The notes under the pieces are model-generated. The model saw nothing but the letters and a program-made list of their open reading frames with translations, was not told the DNA's origin and ran no database searches. A program made the translations under genes and the position numbers. A stretch of DNA of 63,027 nt, filler included, from Octopus bimaculoides (Eukaryota): NCBI RefSeq assembly GCF_001194135.2. It is 4 parts of 3 records of this genome, joined end to end, with 100 filler letters (N's around TTAATTAATTAA, not from the genome) between each part and the next. Parts side by side here need not be neighbours in the genome. Positions count along the whole stretch, not along the records: positions 30,003 to 46,536 come from NC_068996.1; positions 46,637 to 60,027 come from NC_068988.1; 2 more parts are not named here. One strand, 5' to 3'. Below, in pieces: positions 37,151 through 49,660 of this stretch; position 1 is the first letter of the stretch; each line of letters opens with the position of its first letter.

Positions 37151-37804
37151 CACACGCACGCACACGCACTATTTAAATGATGCAGCTTCACTCACTATGG
37201 ATTGCTGGACATTATGAAGTGACAAACCTAACCAGACTAACGACAATTAAGTCACTTGACTAACATCTCACCATCAGCGCTATTCACACTACCATAATAG
37301 GCCCCACCGCTACTTCACACCACCACCTCCACCACCATTTACTTCAACACAGCTACCACCAACGCCACCAACATCGTTGCCGCCGGCGCCGCCACTACCA
37401 TCACTAGCATCATCAAACGCTATCACGGCAACCAAACACATTATCGTCATAACCACCACTATTATTTACACCTCTATCATCATCATCAGCAGCAGCAACA
37501 GCTGAGATAGCACGTGCAACAGTAGCTCCCTCACTACAGCATTTGCTGTTGATGCAGGACGTACAATATGCACCACCACCACCACCAGTGTCACGAGCGA
37601 GTATCATTCCGGTCGGCCACACCCTGCTTAAAACAGGCACGAGAGAGACAATCGATAATGTCTAGGATGCACACCTCCTGGAAAAACAAAAACAAAAACT
37701 GGAAAGAACAAAACAAAACAAACAAAAAATGGGAGCGTCACGGCTGGAACATCTTTGCATCTTTGATCATAACTATGTTCAATGAGTGTCGATCTTGTGC
37801 AAAA

Positions 37805-37855
37805 CTTCACTACTACTACTACTGCTGCTGCTATCATGCTACCACCACCACCACC

Positions 37856-37908
<53 letters not shown>

Positions 37909-37978
37909 CGCCGCTGACACCACTGCCAAAACAACGACGACCACCACCACCACCACCACTACTACTACTACTACTAAC
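37805..37978. repeat. Compound trinucleotide tract (CTA)/(CCA)
   Basis: Alternating ACT and ACC runs. Confidence 0.9.
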
Positions 37979-38811
37979 GCTGTATGAATGAACCAATAAA
38001 GTAAATGGAACTTTCAATGAGTAATCGTTGGTTTCACTGATGAGTAATTCAGTTGTTCAATCAACTGGAATACGGGGCCCATTCAGCTAATATGTAAGTG
38101 GCTGATCATTCCACAGGCATGTGTAACCTTAATATAATTGGTTTCAATTAATTCTCAGGCAGAATCATTGTGATACAGTGTGTGACANNNNNNNNNNNNN
38201 NNNNNNNNNNNNNNNNNNNNNNNNNNNNNNNNNNNNNNNNNNNNNNNNNNNNNNNNNNNNNNNNNNNNNNNNNNNNNNNNNNNNNNNNNNNNNNNNNNNN
38301 NNNNNNNNNNNNNNNNNNNNNNNNNNNNNNNNNNNNNNNNNNNNNNNNNNNNNNNNNNNNNNNNNNNNNNNNNNNNNNNNNNNNNNNNNNNNNNNNNNNN
38401 NNNNNNNNNNNNNNNNNNNNNNNNNNNNNNNNNNNNNNNNNNNNNNNNNNNNNNNNNNNNNNNNNNNNNNNNNNNNNNNNNNNNNNNNNNNNNNNNNNNN
38501 NNNNNNNNNNNNNNNNNNNNNNNNNNNNNNNNNNNNNNNNNNNNNNNNNNNNNNNNNNNNNNNNNNNNNNNNNNNNNNNNNNNNNNNNNNNNNNNNNNNN
38601 NNNNNNNNNNNNNNNNNNNNNNNNNNNNNNNNNNNNNNNNNNNNNNNNNNNNNNNNNNNNNNNNNNNNNNNNNNNNNNNNNNNNNNNNNNNNNNNNNNNN
38701 NNNNNNNNNNNNNNNNNNNNNNNNNNNNNNNNNNNNNNNNNNNNNNNNNNNNNNNNNNNNNNNNNNNNNNNNNNNNNNNNNNNNNNNNNNNNNNNNNNNN
38801 NNNNNNNNNNN

Positions 38812-38845
<34 letters not shown>

Positions 38846-38987
38846 GTGTTTCTGCATGTGTGCACACACATACACACACAAGTGAGTGAATAAAAACATT
38901 TGATGATATATGTGTGACTTCACTCTTGAAACTTAAAATAATCTTCAAGGCTGCTTGCCTTTCTGCCTATCTATCTGTCTGTCTGTT

Positions 38988-39028
<41 letters not shown>

Positions 39029-39914
39029 GTATGTGTGTGTATGTATAGATATGTATGTATGTATGTTTATGGATGGATGGATGTACGTATGTGTATGTAT
39101 TTTATTTATTTATTTATGGGTTTCAGCCAAGTGGCTGTGGTCATGCTGGAGCACCACCGTATATATATTTGCATGTATATATATATTTGCATAAATATGT
39201 ATGTATGTATGTAAGCACATGCGTATGTTTAAACCATTGGTCAACCAAGGGGCTGTATCAAGTCCATGCTTGATGAAACTCATAAATTCAGCCATCTTTG
39301 TTTCCAGTCAACCAGATTAAATTATTTATGATCTCCCTCCTGCCAACCCTTTGTCCTTTCTGCACCCTCACCCTCGTTTCATTACATTTACAATGGACTC
39401 TCCTATCAAGAGCCAGCCAAGTATGTATGCTCTGTTTCCTTTTTCCCCTTTCCTTCCTCCCCCTACCTCCCTCTCCCTCTCTCATCCCTTTCTCACTATC
39501 AGCTTCTCTTTAAGATAAGAGAGTAGTGGGGGTATTTTTCCCTGTGTTCCCTAACTCCAACAAATGGAATTGCGTTATGCGAGAAGCTGGCGACCTCTTC
39601 TTGTCTAACATCCCATGAAATGCCATACTAAGAAATCTGCAGATATAGCGATCATATATGGACTGGTACTTTTATATGAATATACAGATCGATTAACTGT
39701 AGTGGCACAAAACTCAGGACCCTACAGTTAGTGAGTCACGAGTATTGGCTTACCAACCTTGTACACTGCTACTCCTTAATATGACAAATCTTTGCTCACA
39801 ACCTTTTTTTTCTTTTTTATATCCTTTATCTTTAACTTGTTTCGGTCATTGGACTATGGTCATGCTGGGGCACTGCCTTGAAGGATTTTAGTTGAATGAA
39901 TCAACCCCAGTATT

Positions 39915-39952
<38 letters not shown>

Positions 39953-40563
39953 NNNNNNNNNNNNNNNNNNNNNNNNNNNNNNNNNNNNNNNNNNNNNNNN
40001 NNNNNNNNNNNNNNNNNNNNNNNNNNNNNNNNNNNNNNNNNNNNNNNNNNNNNNNNNNNNNNNNNNNNNNNNNNNNNNNNNNNNNNNNNNNNNNNNNNNN
40101 NNNNNNNNNNNNNNNNNNNNNNNNNNNNNNNNNNNNNNNNNNNNNNNNNNNNNNNNNNNNNNNNNNNNNNNNNNNNNNNNNNNNNNNNNNNNNNNNNNNN
40201 NNNNNNNNNNNNNNNNNNNNNNNNNNNNNNNNNNNNNNNNNNNNNNNNNNNNNNNNNNNNNNNNNNNNNNNNNNNNNNNNNNNNNNNNNNNNNNNNNNNN
40301 NNNNNNNNNNNNNNNNNNNNNNNNNNNNNNNNNNNNNNNNNNNNNNNNNNNNNNNNNNNNNNNNNNNNNNNNNNNNNNNNNNNNNNNNNNNNNNNNNNNN
40401 NNNNNNNNNNNNNNNNNNNNNNNNNNNNNNNNNNNNNNNNNNNNNNNNNNNNNNNNNNNNNNNNNNNNNNNNNNNNNNNNNNNNNNNNNNNNNNNNNNNN
40501 NNNNNNNNNNNNNNNNNNNNNNNNNNNNNNNNNNNNNNNNNTATATATATATATGTATGTATG

Positions 40564-40596
<33 letters not shown>

Positions 40597-41434
40597 TGTG
40601 GTGTGCAAGAGAGACAACTGCACTGGTATAGTCATGTGGTATGAATGGATGAGGATAGTTGTGTGAAAAAGTGTCACACCCTAGCGGTTGAGGGAAACTG
40701 TGGAAGAGGTAGACCCAGGAAGACCTGGGATGAGGTGGTGAAGCACGACCTTCGAACATTAGGTCTCAACAAGGCAATGACTAGTGATCGAGACCTTTGG
40801 AAATATGCTGTGCATGAGAAGACCCAGCAGGCCAAGTTGCCTATGCCAGTGGTGTAACCAGCCCACTTAGATGTACCTTTCTTTCATTGGACACTAAACT
40901 CTGCTTGTGAAGACCTGTTGAAGCAAGTGAAATCGAAATCGAAATCAAATTCGATGACAGCACCGTATGACTGGCATTCGTGCTAGTGGACTGCTAAGAG
41001 CACCATCCGAGCGTGATCGTTGCCAGGGCTGCTGACTGGTCCCCGTGCTGGTGGCATGTAAAAAGCACCATTCGAGCGTGATCATTACCAGTGTCACCTT
41101 ATTGGTACTTGTGCCGGTGATATGTGGAAAGCAACATTTGAGTGAAGGCATTGCCAGTACTGCTGGACTGGCTCCTCTGCAGGTGACACGTAAAAGCACC
41201 ATTTGAGTGTGGCCGTTGCCAGTACCGCCTGACTGGCCCTCGTGCCGGTGACACGTAAAAGCACCTACTACATTCTCAGAGTGGTTGGCGTTAGTAAGGG
41301 CATCCAGCTGTAGAAACTCTGCCAGATCAAATTGGAGCCTGGTGCAGCCATCTGGCTCACCAGTCCTTAGTCAAATCATCCAACCCATGCCAGCATTGAA
41401 AGTGGACGTTAAACGATAATGGTGCTGATGATGA
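40597..41434 (+). mobile_element. RTE family B 3' end with UTR repeats and (GAT)n tail
   Basis: QLHWYSHVV*MDEDSCVKKCHTLAVEGNCGRGRPRKTWDEVVKHDL; ends GGACGTTAAACGATAATGGTGCTGATGATG. Confidence 0.9.
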
Positions 41435-41444
41435 TATGTATATA

Positions 41445-42010
41445 TATATTTTAAGTACTGGTACTTATTCTATTGGTCTCTTTTACAGGACTGGCATGTG
41501 GGGACGTAAACAAACCAACACCAGTTGTCAAGTGATGGAGGAGAAACAAACGCAATGCAAACATACACACACATGTGCACACACACATACATGCATGCAC
41601 ACACACACACATACATGCATGCACACACACACACATATGCACACATACACAAGCATACACACACACACACACACATTATATCAGAGTTTAAGTTCAAATC
41701 ATTTGACCACTACTATGTGTTTTCCATATTGAGCATCTCTCAATCTTACCTGTTGACTGTGTACATACGCACATACATACACATAATACATACACATAAT
41801 ACATACATGCATTCATAAATATATACGTATGTACATACACTCACACACATAATTGGTTTCTTTCAGTTTCTATCTACCATATCCACTAACAAGGCTTTAG
41901 TTGGCCTAGGGTTAAAGTAGAAGACACTTATCCAAGCTACCATGAAGTGGGACTGAACTTGGAACCATGTAGTTGAGAAGAAAATTTCTTACCACACAGC
42001 CATGCCTGTG
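41445..42010 (-). mobile_element. SINE family B split by an expanded internal microsatellite
   Basis: 3' part at 41445-41545 and head at 41850-42010, same orientation. Confidence 0.65.
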
Positions 42011-42364
42011 CAATACACTGCAAACATCTGGCAGATAATGACAGATGTTCATTTGTCTCGCACCAGTCCCAGTGCAGCCTGTCATTTTCTAGATTGTCTC
42101 TGCCAACAACTCTTTTCATGCTCTTTTTCTTCCTATCAACCCTATCACTTGGGTGGCACCAAATCCTGTAACTTCATATCATAGAGAGCTTAAATGTTTC
42201 TGCCAGGAATGTCAAAGATAAATGGACTTTTTGCAGTAACATTACACAGCACAATAATCCCTATAAAAGCAAGGGTGGAGATAAGTCACTACCATGGGAA
42301 ATTCTAGCATGGCTGCAATCTAATGACTGAAACAAATAAAACAAGATAAAAGATTCCCTTCAAC

Positions 42365-42760
42365 ATTGTTGCAGATATTTAGCATTGCCATAAGACCCTT
42401 GGCAAAAGAGCCTGTTGATGCCACAACATTTTAAACTCCCTGTCAAACTAGAATTGTTCCTGATAGTAATCACAGATCCCATTATGGTGTCCATTTCAAT
42501 ATTCTTGTTTGTACCATTTGAAGATACTGTGTAGATATAACTGAGATGCTTAATTGTCCCATTTTTGGTCACTGGAACTAGCTCTCCTCCAATTTCAAAG
42601 TGGAATAACTTACCCTGAGTCTGTATTATGGACAAGCTGTGGCTTTGGAATCATGTAAATGGTGGCGGAATCTATTGGAATCTACTTCTCTCCTTGTCTC
42701 CACTATGGAAGCAATGTCATTCATAAAAAATATATAATACTTGTGATATCAGATGTCTTC
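42365..42760 (-). mobile_element. Non-LTR RT fragment of R2/NeSL (RLE) type
   Basis: FMNDIASIVET (cf. FMDD), then QGKLFHFEIGGELVPV..GTIKHL and SSLTGSLK. Confidence 0.5.
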
Positions 42761-42899
42761 TAATTTACATTCATAAGTATGGTGGTGTTGGTTAACTGAA
42801 AATATCCTTGCAATTAATCAACAAAAACTTCCTCTTAGGGGTGTTTTAAATCTAAAAACAATAAGCAAAGGAGATAATGACATTCAGAAACAAATGATA

Positions 42900-44480
42900 A
42901 TTTTGAGAAAGAAAGCATGAAAGCTGAAAGACTACTTGACCAATTCTAGTTGGAGCTTATGAAAGATGTAAGTGAGAACTAGAGGACATGAAAGAGTTTC
43001 CATGAGGCAACCTGCTGAAACCTGTAGACCGTATCTTTGGCTCATACAAAGTCTAAACCAGACTGAGGATGATGTGTTAGTGGAGTTGTGCTGTAGACAG
43101 AAGAGTCAGAAAAGTTTAGTGATTGGATGGAAGTGGGCAAGTAGAGAGGAATGCCAAGTAGTTAGAATAGAAGCTGGGTGTTAGGTATACTTAGAAAGAG
43201 AGAGAGAAGAAAGTAAGAGATTAGCAGAGAGAGGGAGAGGGGGTGGAGAGAGAGGGAGAAAGAGATTCATAAATGTACAGTGACTTGAAGATCACAGACA
43301 TGAAGTGCTCCAGATTGCATGACTGTACTAGAGAAAATCCCAATGTCATTAGGGGGATATGATTTTCTAAATAATGGCGATGAATTTACATTTGTAGATG
43401 CGAAAATGAAAGAAGCATGGAAGTGTTATGAAAATTTGCCAAATGAAGAGAATACATAGGAGGCCCAAAACAGAGACCAATCACCCAAGTTCATAAAAGT
43501 TTAGTAGATAGAGCAATTATGACTATGAAGACAAATAAGGTAATCAGGCTGTCAGAAATGGCCACTGAGGTGTTAAAATACCAGGTCAAGTGGGGTACAG
43601 GCAACCCACTTGCAAAGTCAATCAGATACTAGAGGAATATATCATGTCTAGTGATTGGCATAGTAATTTTATTGTTAAGCACTACAAGAGTAAAGAAGAT
43701 GCACTAGAGCAGTGGTTTGCAACCATTTTTTTTTAACCTATGGATCTCTTTAATTACAATTTTACTCAGGTGAATCCCCATTCATTTGTATAGGTTGAAC
43801 TATGTAAAACATTAGAGAAAGAAACTGAGCTGTTTCTTGCAATAAATACATCTGAATCAAATTTTTTTCATGCACCATTAATGTACTACTGTGTGTACCC
43901 AGTTTATTATTTTGCATGCATGGACCCCCTAAAATCTTATATGGATCCCTGGTTGAGGACCACTGCACTAGAGATAAGTAATTACAGAGGATTCAAATTG
44001 CCAGACCAGATAATGAAAGTTACTAAAGGAATTATTGCACAACTTATTAAGAAGAGGATTGGGCTAGATGATATGCAGTTCGAATTTGTGCTGGAAGGAA
44101 GCATCATTGATGCTCTCTTCAATGTAAGACTGCTGTAGGAGAAGTACATAGCCAGGGGTCACTATACAACACTTTTCATGATTTGGAGAAAATCTTATCT
44201 GATTGATGGCTAAGGAAATTGGTGGGTAGATGAATGGTTAAAAAAAGGACCATGCAAGCCAAGTACAGAGATACAGTTATCAAGGTGAGAATGTGCGATA
44301 AGTTCAGTGATCAGTCTAGTGTGTTGTAAGGTGTCCACACAGGCTCAGTCCTCATTCCCTGTCTGTTTAATCATAACCTCCAGACTATAAGAGAGAAATT
44401 TAAAACTGGCTGTCTGTGGGAACTCCTCTCTACTGATGGCCTTGTTATTATGGCTGAACCAGTTGTAGACTTAGAGAAAG
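42900..44480 (+). mobile_element. Old RTE family B internal segment
   Basis: MKEAWKCYENL.NEEN, IKKRIGLDDMQFEFV..GSIIDALFNVRLL, KFKTGCLWELL; collinear with 14.2-16.3 kb. Confidence 0.75.
43710..43965. mobile_element. hAT MITE (256 bp) with perfect 8-bp TSD
   Basis: Termini CAGTGGTTTGCAACC...GGTTGAGGACCACTG; TSD CACTAGAG at 43702-09 and 43966-73. Confidence 0.85.
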
Positions 44481-44486
44481 TGCATA

Positions 44487-44640
44487 GCTAAGTGGTTAGG
44501 ATATTCAGCTCATGATCGTAAGGTCATGAGTTCGATATCCAGCAGTGTGTTGTCTCCTTGAGCAAGACACTTTATTTCACATTGCTCCACTCAACTCATT
44601 TGGTAAAAATGAGTTGTACCCGTAATTCAACTGGAACCCT
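44487..44640 (+). mobile_element. tRNA-derived SINE family D head
   Basis: A/B-box-like TAGCTAAGTGGTTAGG...GAGTTCGATATCC, then CCTTGAGCAAGACACTTTATTTCAC; related to 54178-54495. Confidence 0.65.
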
Positions 44641-45106
44641 TCTCGTTGTAACTGACAGTGCCAGAAAAAAGATTTAGAGAAGAAATTTCAGATGTGGAAA
44701 CAAAGTGTAGAGTTGAGAAACCTCAAAGAAAAGTTAGTTAATACTAAATCTTTAATGAATAGGAAAGAAAATAGTAACCCACTACTTTCAGGAAAATTGA
44801 TTTGTAGAAGAAAATTAGGTAGGAATTCTATAGGATGTTGTGAGATTAACCCATTAGAATTTAATCCAGTCATATCTGGCCCAAATATTCTACCTCTTTT
44901 ATGCTAAAACTGACCAGATCCAACTTCTCTCACCTACCCTACATGGTCATTCTCAAAATAAACAAACACTATTAGAATCTTGAAACTACAAGATAATGCA
45001 TGATTAATTCCAAACAATGGGAATAAATAAGGATTACATTTGGCAGAGTAATCTGAATGCTAAAGGCTTATGCATATACATAATGTGAGTAATCTGAATG
45101 CTAGCA

Positions 45107-45143
<37 letters not shown>

Positions 45144-45171
45144 ACCTGTCCTGGTCTGTTGTTGTTTTTTC

Positions 45172-45211
<40 letters not shown>

Positions 45212-45212
45212 A

Positions 45213-45576
45213 TTAAGGAGATAGAAATAGAGTGATAATTAATAATCATTTATTAATTAAAAAATTAGACAACATTTCTGGGAGCTGCTTCGGTTCCAGA
45301 CCTTTATAAATTAATTACCATAATTTAAAACCATTTAAAAGTTGAATCTCATCGAAGTTGGCTAAAGATATACAATTAGTTAACAGTTTGGAGCCGTATA
45401 CTCAACAAGCAGGAATTGTATATCATTAGCCAACTCGGATGAGATTCGACTTTTAAATGGTTTTAATTATGGTAATTAATTTATAAAGGTCTGGAATCAA
45501 AACAGCTGTTAGAGATGTCTAATTTTTTAATTAATAAATAATTATTAATTATCTCTTTATTTTCTTATCTCCTTAA
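45213..45576. repeat. 364-bp fold-back palindrome carrying mirror hammerhead remnants
   Basis: Arms 45213-45377 and 45414-45576, 36-nt loop; the arms are diverged from each other. Confidence 0.85.
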
Positions 45577-45634
45577 AATATATGTAAACCATGGTTTATC
45601 TAGTTACCTTACAGTTGAACATTAATTGTAATAC

Positions 45635-45825
45635 TCTTTTACTCATTTCAGCCATTTGACTGTGGCCATGCTGGAGCACAGCCTTTAGTTGAGCAGATCA
45701 ACCCCAGGACATATTCTTTGTAAGCCTATCGGTCTATTTTGCTGAACCGCTAAGTTACGGGGGACGTAAACACACCAGCATCAGTTGTCAAGCGATGTTG
45801 AGGGGGACAAACAGACACAGAAACA
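45635..45825 (-). mobile_element. SINE family B, 3' part
   Basis: TTTCAGCCATTTGACTGTGGCCATGCTGGAGCAC...GTTACGGGGACGTAAAC. Confidence 0.75.
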
Positions 45826-45871
45826 TATATACACATGCATACATATACATATACATATATATATATATATC

Positions 45872-46431
45872 TTTGAAGTTAAGCAACAAAAATTCAATAG
45901 GTTATATCAGTACGTACGTTTCGTACAAGCTCCATTTATTCATGTAGTGAGAACACCACAGAAAATACAATGAAAATGTACTCCTCAGCTGCATAATGGA
46001 ATTTCATTTTAGAAAGTCATTTTGAAGATGTTTGCAAAAAACAAGAGTAAGAGAAAAAAACACATCTTGACTATGCTGCTGTTTCACAGACAAGTATTTC
46101 TTTATTTTCTTATCTCCTTAAAATATATGTAAACCATGGTTTATCTAGTTACCTTGCAGTTGAACATTAATTGTAATACTCTTTTACTCATTTCAGCCAT
46201 TTGACACTCTTGTCTGTGAAACAGCAGCATAGTCGAGATGTGTTTTCTTCTCTTACTCTTGTTTTTTGCAAACATCTTCAAAATGACTTTCTAAAATGAA
46301 ATTCCTTTATGCAGCTGAGGAGTACATTTTCATTGTATTTTCTGTAGTGTTATCACTACATGAATTAATGGAGCTTGTACGAAACGTACGTACTACTATA
46401 ACCTATTGAATTTTTGTTGCTTAACTTCAAA
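45872..46431. repeat. Inverted duplication (~223-bp arms) whose spacer is a copy of 45554-45660
   Basis: 45872-46094 is the reverse complement of 46209-46431 with few mismatches; 46099-46205 matches 45554-45660. Confidence 0.85.
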
Positions 46432-46536
46432 TTTTATTCACCAAATCTCTTGATTTTGTTTTTGGTTTTTATCCTACCAAATTCTGGTGCCTCAAACATT
46501 TTAAGTACCACATTTAATCTTTTGGTTAAATCTATA

Positions 46537-46635
46537 NNNNNNNNNNNNNNNNNNNNNNNNNNNNNNNNNNNNNNNNNNNNTTAATTAATTAANNNNNNNN
46601 NNNNNNNNNNNNNNNNNNNNNNNNNNNNNNNNNNN
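46537..46635. other. Artificial scaffold join
   Basis: N44-TTAATTAATTAA-N43. Confidence 0.9.
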
Positions 46636-46710
46636 NGAGGAACACACGAGTAGATATATATATGGAAAAAAGACAAGGTAGAAAATGTTAAAATACTTTT
46701 ATAAAAAACA

Positions 46711-46752
46711 TTTCAATACCGGTTTCGATCCTTGAGATCTTTTCAACTGTAA
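46711..46752 (-). ncRNA. Degenerate minimal hammerhead in a PLE-like terminal repeat
   Basis: CAG-TTGAAAA-GATC-TCAAG-GATC-GAAAC-CG-GTA-TTG; two substitutions versus the CUGANGA core. Confidence 0.4.
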
Positions 46753-47282
46753 ATATGGATAACAAATTTTGGAAAAATTAAATTTTGGCAAATTTAAATG
46801 AAAAGTCTTTTTAAAAACATATTTGTATAGTATTTGAATACTATACAAATATGTTTTTAAAAAGAACTCGGAAAGTTGAGCCTTCAAACAGACCTTTCGC
46901 AATCTCCTGAAAACCAGGAACTTTTCGGCAATCCCTCGTATATATATATGTATATATTCACACAGACATCCTATGGGTTAATTAGCTTGTGAACTTCTGG
47001 GAGTGAAGGACCCTTAGTTCTTGTTAGAACTTCCTTCTAGAAAATAAACTCTTATAAAAAAATCATGAACTGCTATTAGTTCCTGGTTGTCTTAACTTCT
47101 GTGCGATGCTGGTATTATAGTTGATTGCACTGAAAGTGGGGTCTGTACTGTGCAACACTTTGTCCGCTCAAAACAAATCCAAGTACAGGAATCCTTTGGA
47201 CTTTTGGAACATCTGCATGGATGTCTAGGAAGTGTTTCTACCCTGTCACAAACTGATTCTTCTATCGTACCTATCAATCAAT

Positions 47283-47352
<70 letters not shown>

Positions 47353-47789
47353 CTGCCTGTCTATCTATCTGCCTGTCTATCTATCTGTCTGTCTGTCTGT
47401 CTAATATGAAATATGTGTGTGTATGTATGTGTGTACACGCATACACACATGAGTGTGTGCATATTCATATCTATCCATCTATATGTATATCTATTTGTCT
47501 AAATGCATCCATCCCATCCATCCATTCACCCATCCATCCATACTTACATACACACATATGTATGTATGTATGCATGCATGTATGTTGATCACTGTCAGGG
47601 CGTTTGGTTTAGTGTTTGTGAGGGAACAGTGCGTTGTGTTCTTGAGCAAAACGCTTCATCTCACGTTGCTCAAGGATCATGTCGACACCTGACGTGTGGT
47701 ACATCATACATCTGTTCAGGCAACGTCGATTTAATAAAGGGAGCCGAGCTAATGCACAGCACATATCATCTGTGCTGGTTGTTCAACAA

Positions 47790-47960
47790 GAAATTTCGGA
47801 ACGGCCTTTCTCGGACTACCATTATATTGACCACTTCGGTTGCAAGAAAACCGAAGCATGGTTTTTTCGCTTTCACAAAAATCACTCACATACTGCATTT
47901 TGTGTATTTTCCGAATATGTCAATGGATCAGTGGAATTTTCTCCACCTGATTGTTGCTTT
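47790..47960 (-). mobile_element. Possible Mutator/SWIM-type transposase N-terminal fragment
   Basis: QYVSDF...LRFSCNRSGQYNGSPRK resembles the Y.C.RSG.Y motif. Weak. Confidence 0.3.
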
Positions 47961-48139
47961 TAGATTTTTTGAGCACGTACAGAGGAAGTATCAGTAATTG
48001 CATAGAAAATCTCACTTGATCGAAGTTTTCCTGTTCACTACATTACGTGTGTCACGTATGTAAGATCGTACAGTGTACGACCCGGCAATCAAACAGCTAA
48101 ACAAACAGTTTGTTGAGTGAAGTAGTCTATAGGTATATG

Positions 48140-48512
48140 CATGGCTGAATGGTGAAGAAGTGCGCTTGGCAGCCACGTGGTTTCGGGTTCAGTTCCACTG
48201 TAAAACATTTTGGGCAAGTGACTTTTGCTATAGCATTAGACTAACTAAAGCCACGCGTGCGAATTTGGTAAGCGGAAACTGTGTTGAAGCCCATCATGTG
48301 TGTGTGTCGTTTGGGTTTCTCTCCTCACCGCTTGACAACCGGTGTTGGTCTGTTTACGTCCCCGTAACTTAGCGGTTACGCAAATGAAAACGATAAAATA
48401 AGTATCAGACTTAAAAATAAATAAATAATAAGTATTGAGATCAATTTGTTTTCGACTAAACATCTCAAGGTGGAGCTCCAGCATGACCACACTCCAATGA
48501 ACGAAAGAAGTA
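48140..48512 (+). mobile_element. SINE family B, full-length
   Basis: Collinear with 23028-23358. Confidence 0.8.
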
Positions 48513-48811
48513 AAAAGGAGAGAAAATAAGATGGAAGATTCACTTAGTCGTTCGAGTTCAAATCCCATTTTTTCCCACATTATGGGGTCCTTAAAATAGA
48601 GTACTGATCTAGTATATATGTCCATTTTAATGTTCCAAAAAATAAGATGGTAAGCTGGTTGAATCGTTAACGCACTGGAGAAAAATACTTTAGGTTCTGA
48701 ATTTAGATGCTGCCGGAACCACATAACTACTACCTAAAAATTTAAACAACCCCATAAATCGTATAACACCTATAACTCCCCAATTTCAATAATACTCTAG
48801 CTAAAATTATT

Positions 48812-49084
48812 CTTTTCTACTCTAGGCACAAAAATGAAAGGCAAAGTCGACCTCGGTGGAATTTGAACTCAGCATTTATAGTTAAAATTATTCTTTTCTA
48901 CTCTAGGCACAAGGCCTGAAATTTTGGGGGAGGGGGACCAGTCGTTTAGATAGACCCCAATACGCAACTAGTAATTAATTTATCGACCCCGAAAGGATGA
49001 AAGGCAAAGTCGACCTCGGCAGAATTTGAACTCAGAATGTAAAGACAGACGAAATACCGCTAAGCATTTCGCCCGGCTAAGCAT
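48812..49084 (-). mobile_element. Composite SINE family A insertion flanked by a 17-bp direct repeat
   Basis: CTCTAGCTAAAATTATT at 48795-48811 and 49085-49101 flanks a partial unit and a longer unit. Confidence 0.75.
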
Positions 49085-49184
49085 CTCTAGCTAAAATTAT
49101 TGAACCTGAAATAGGAGCCTCTACATGAGTCTTAGGTAACCACAAATGAAAAAAAATAAATAAATAAGTAACTTTACTAAATAT

Positions 49185-49660
49185 GGTCGACTTTGCCTTT
49201 CAGGTTTCCGGGGTCGATAGAATAAGTACCAGTTAAACAGACTTGTAACATTCTGTATCACGCTGAATCTCCCTGAGAACTATTTTAAGGGTACGCATGT
49301 CCGTGTCTGTGGAGTGCTCAGTCCCTTGCATGTTAATTTCATGAGCAGATTGCTCCGTTGATCGGATCAACAGGAACTCTGGTCGTCGTAACCGAAGAAG
49401 TTCCAGTTTACCATCCCCGGAAAGATAAATAACAATGTTGGCCTCGTCAGGATTTGAATTCAGAACGCAAAAAACTAAAATACATACCTTTCGATGCTCT
49501 AACAACCACTCCGCCAACTGAGCATTTACCGTCTTCAGAAGAATATAAAAGACAAACTTGACTTCTGTGAGATTTGAACTCAGAACGTAAGAAAATAAGA
49601 TATGTACCATTCGATATTCTAACCATTTAGCCAATTCGCCAAGTTGCAAAGTTCTTGATT
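49185..49660. mobile_element. Cluster of SINE A and SINE C fragments in both orientations
   Basis: Family A core at 49185-49235 (+), family C 3' part at 49250-49400 (+), two family A heads at 49410-49660 (-). Confidence 0.65.

Noticed and set aside
37260-37990. His/Pro/Thr-rich open frames suggesting a transcription-factor exon
   Set aside because: All frames are interrupted by stops, no domain or splice sites are evident, and degenerate trinucleotide repeats explain the pattern.
38148-40759. Long ORFs of 220-280 aa (also 9734-10332, 49966-51219, 58528-59260)
   Set aside because: They consist of N gaps and microsatellite translation (YI/CV/HT repeats).
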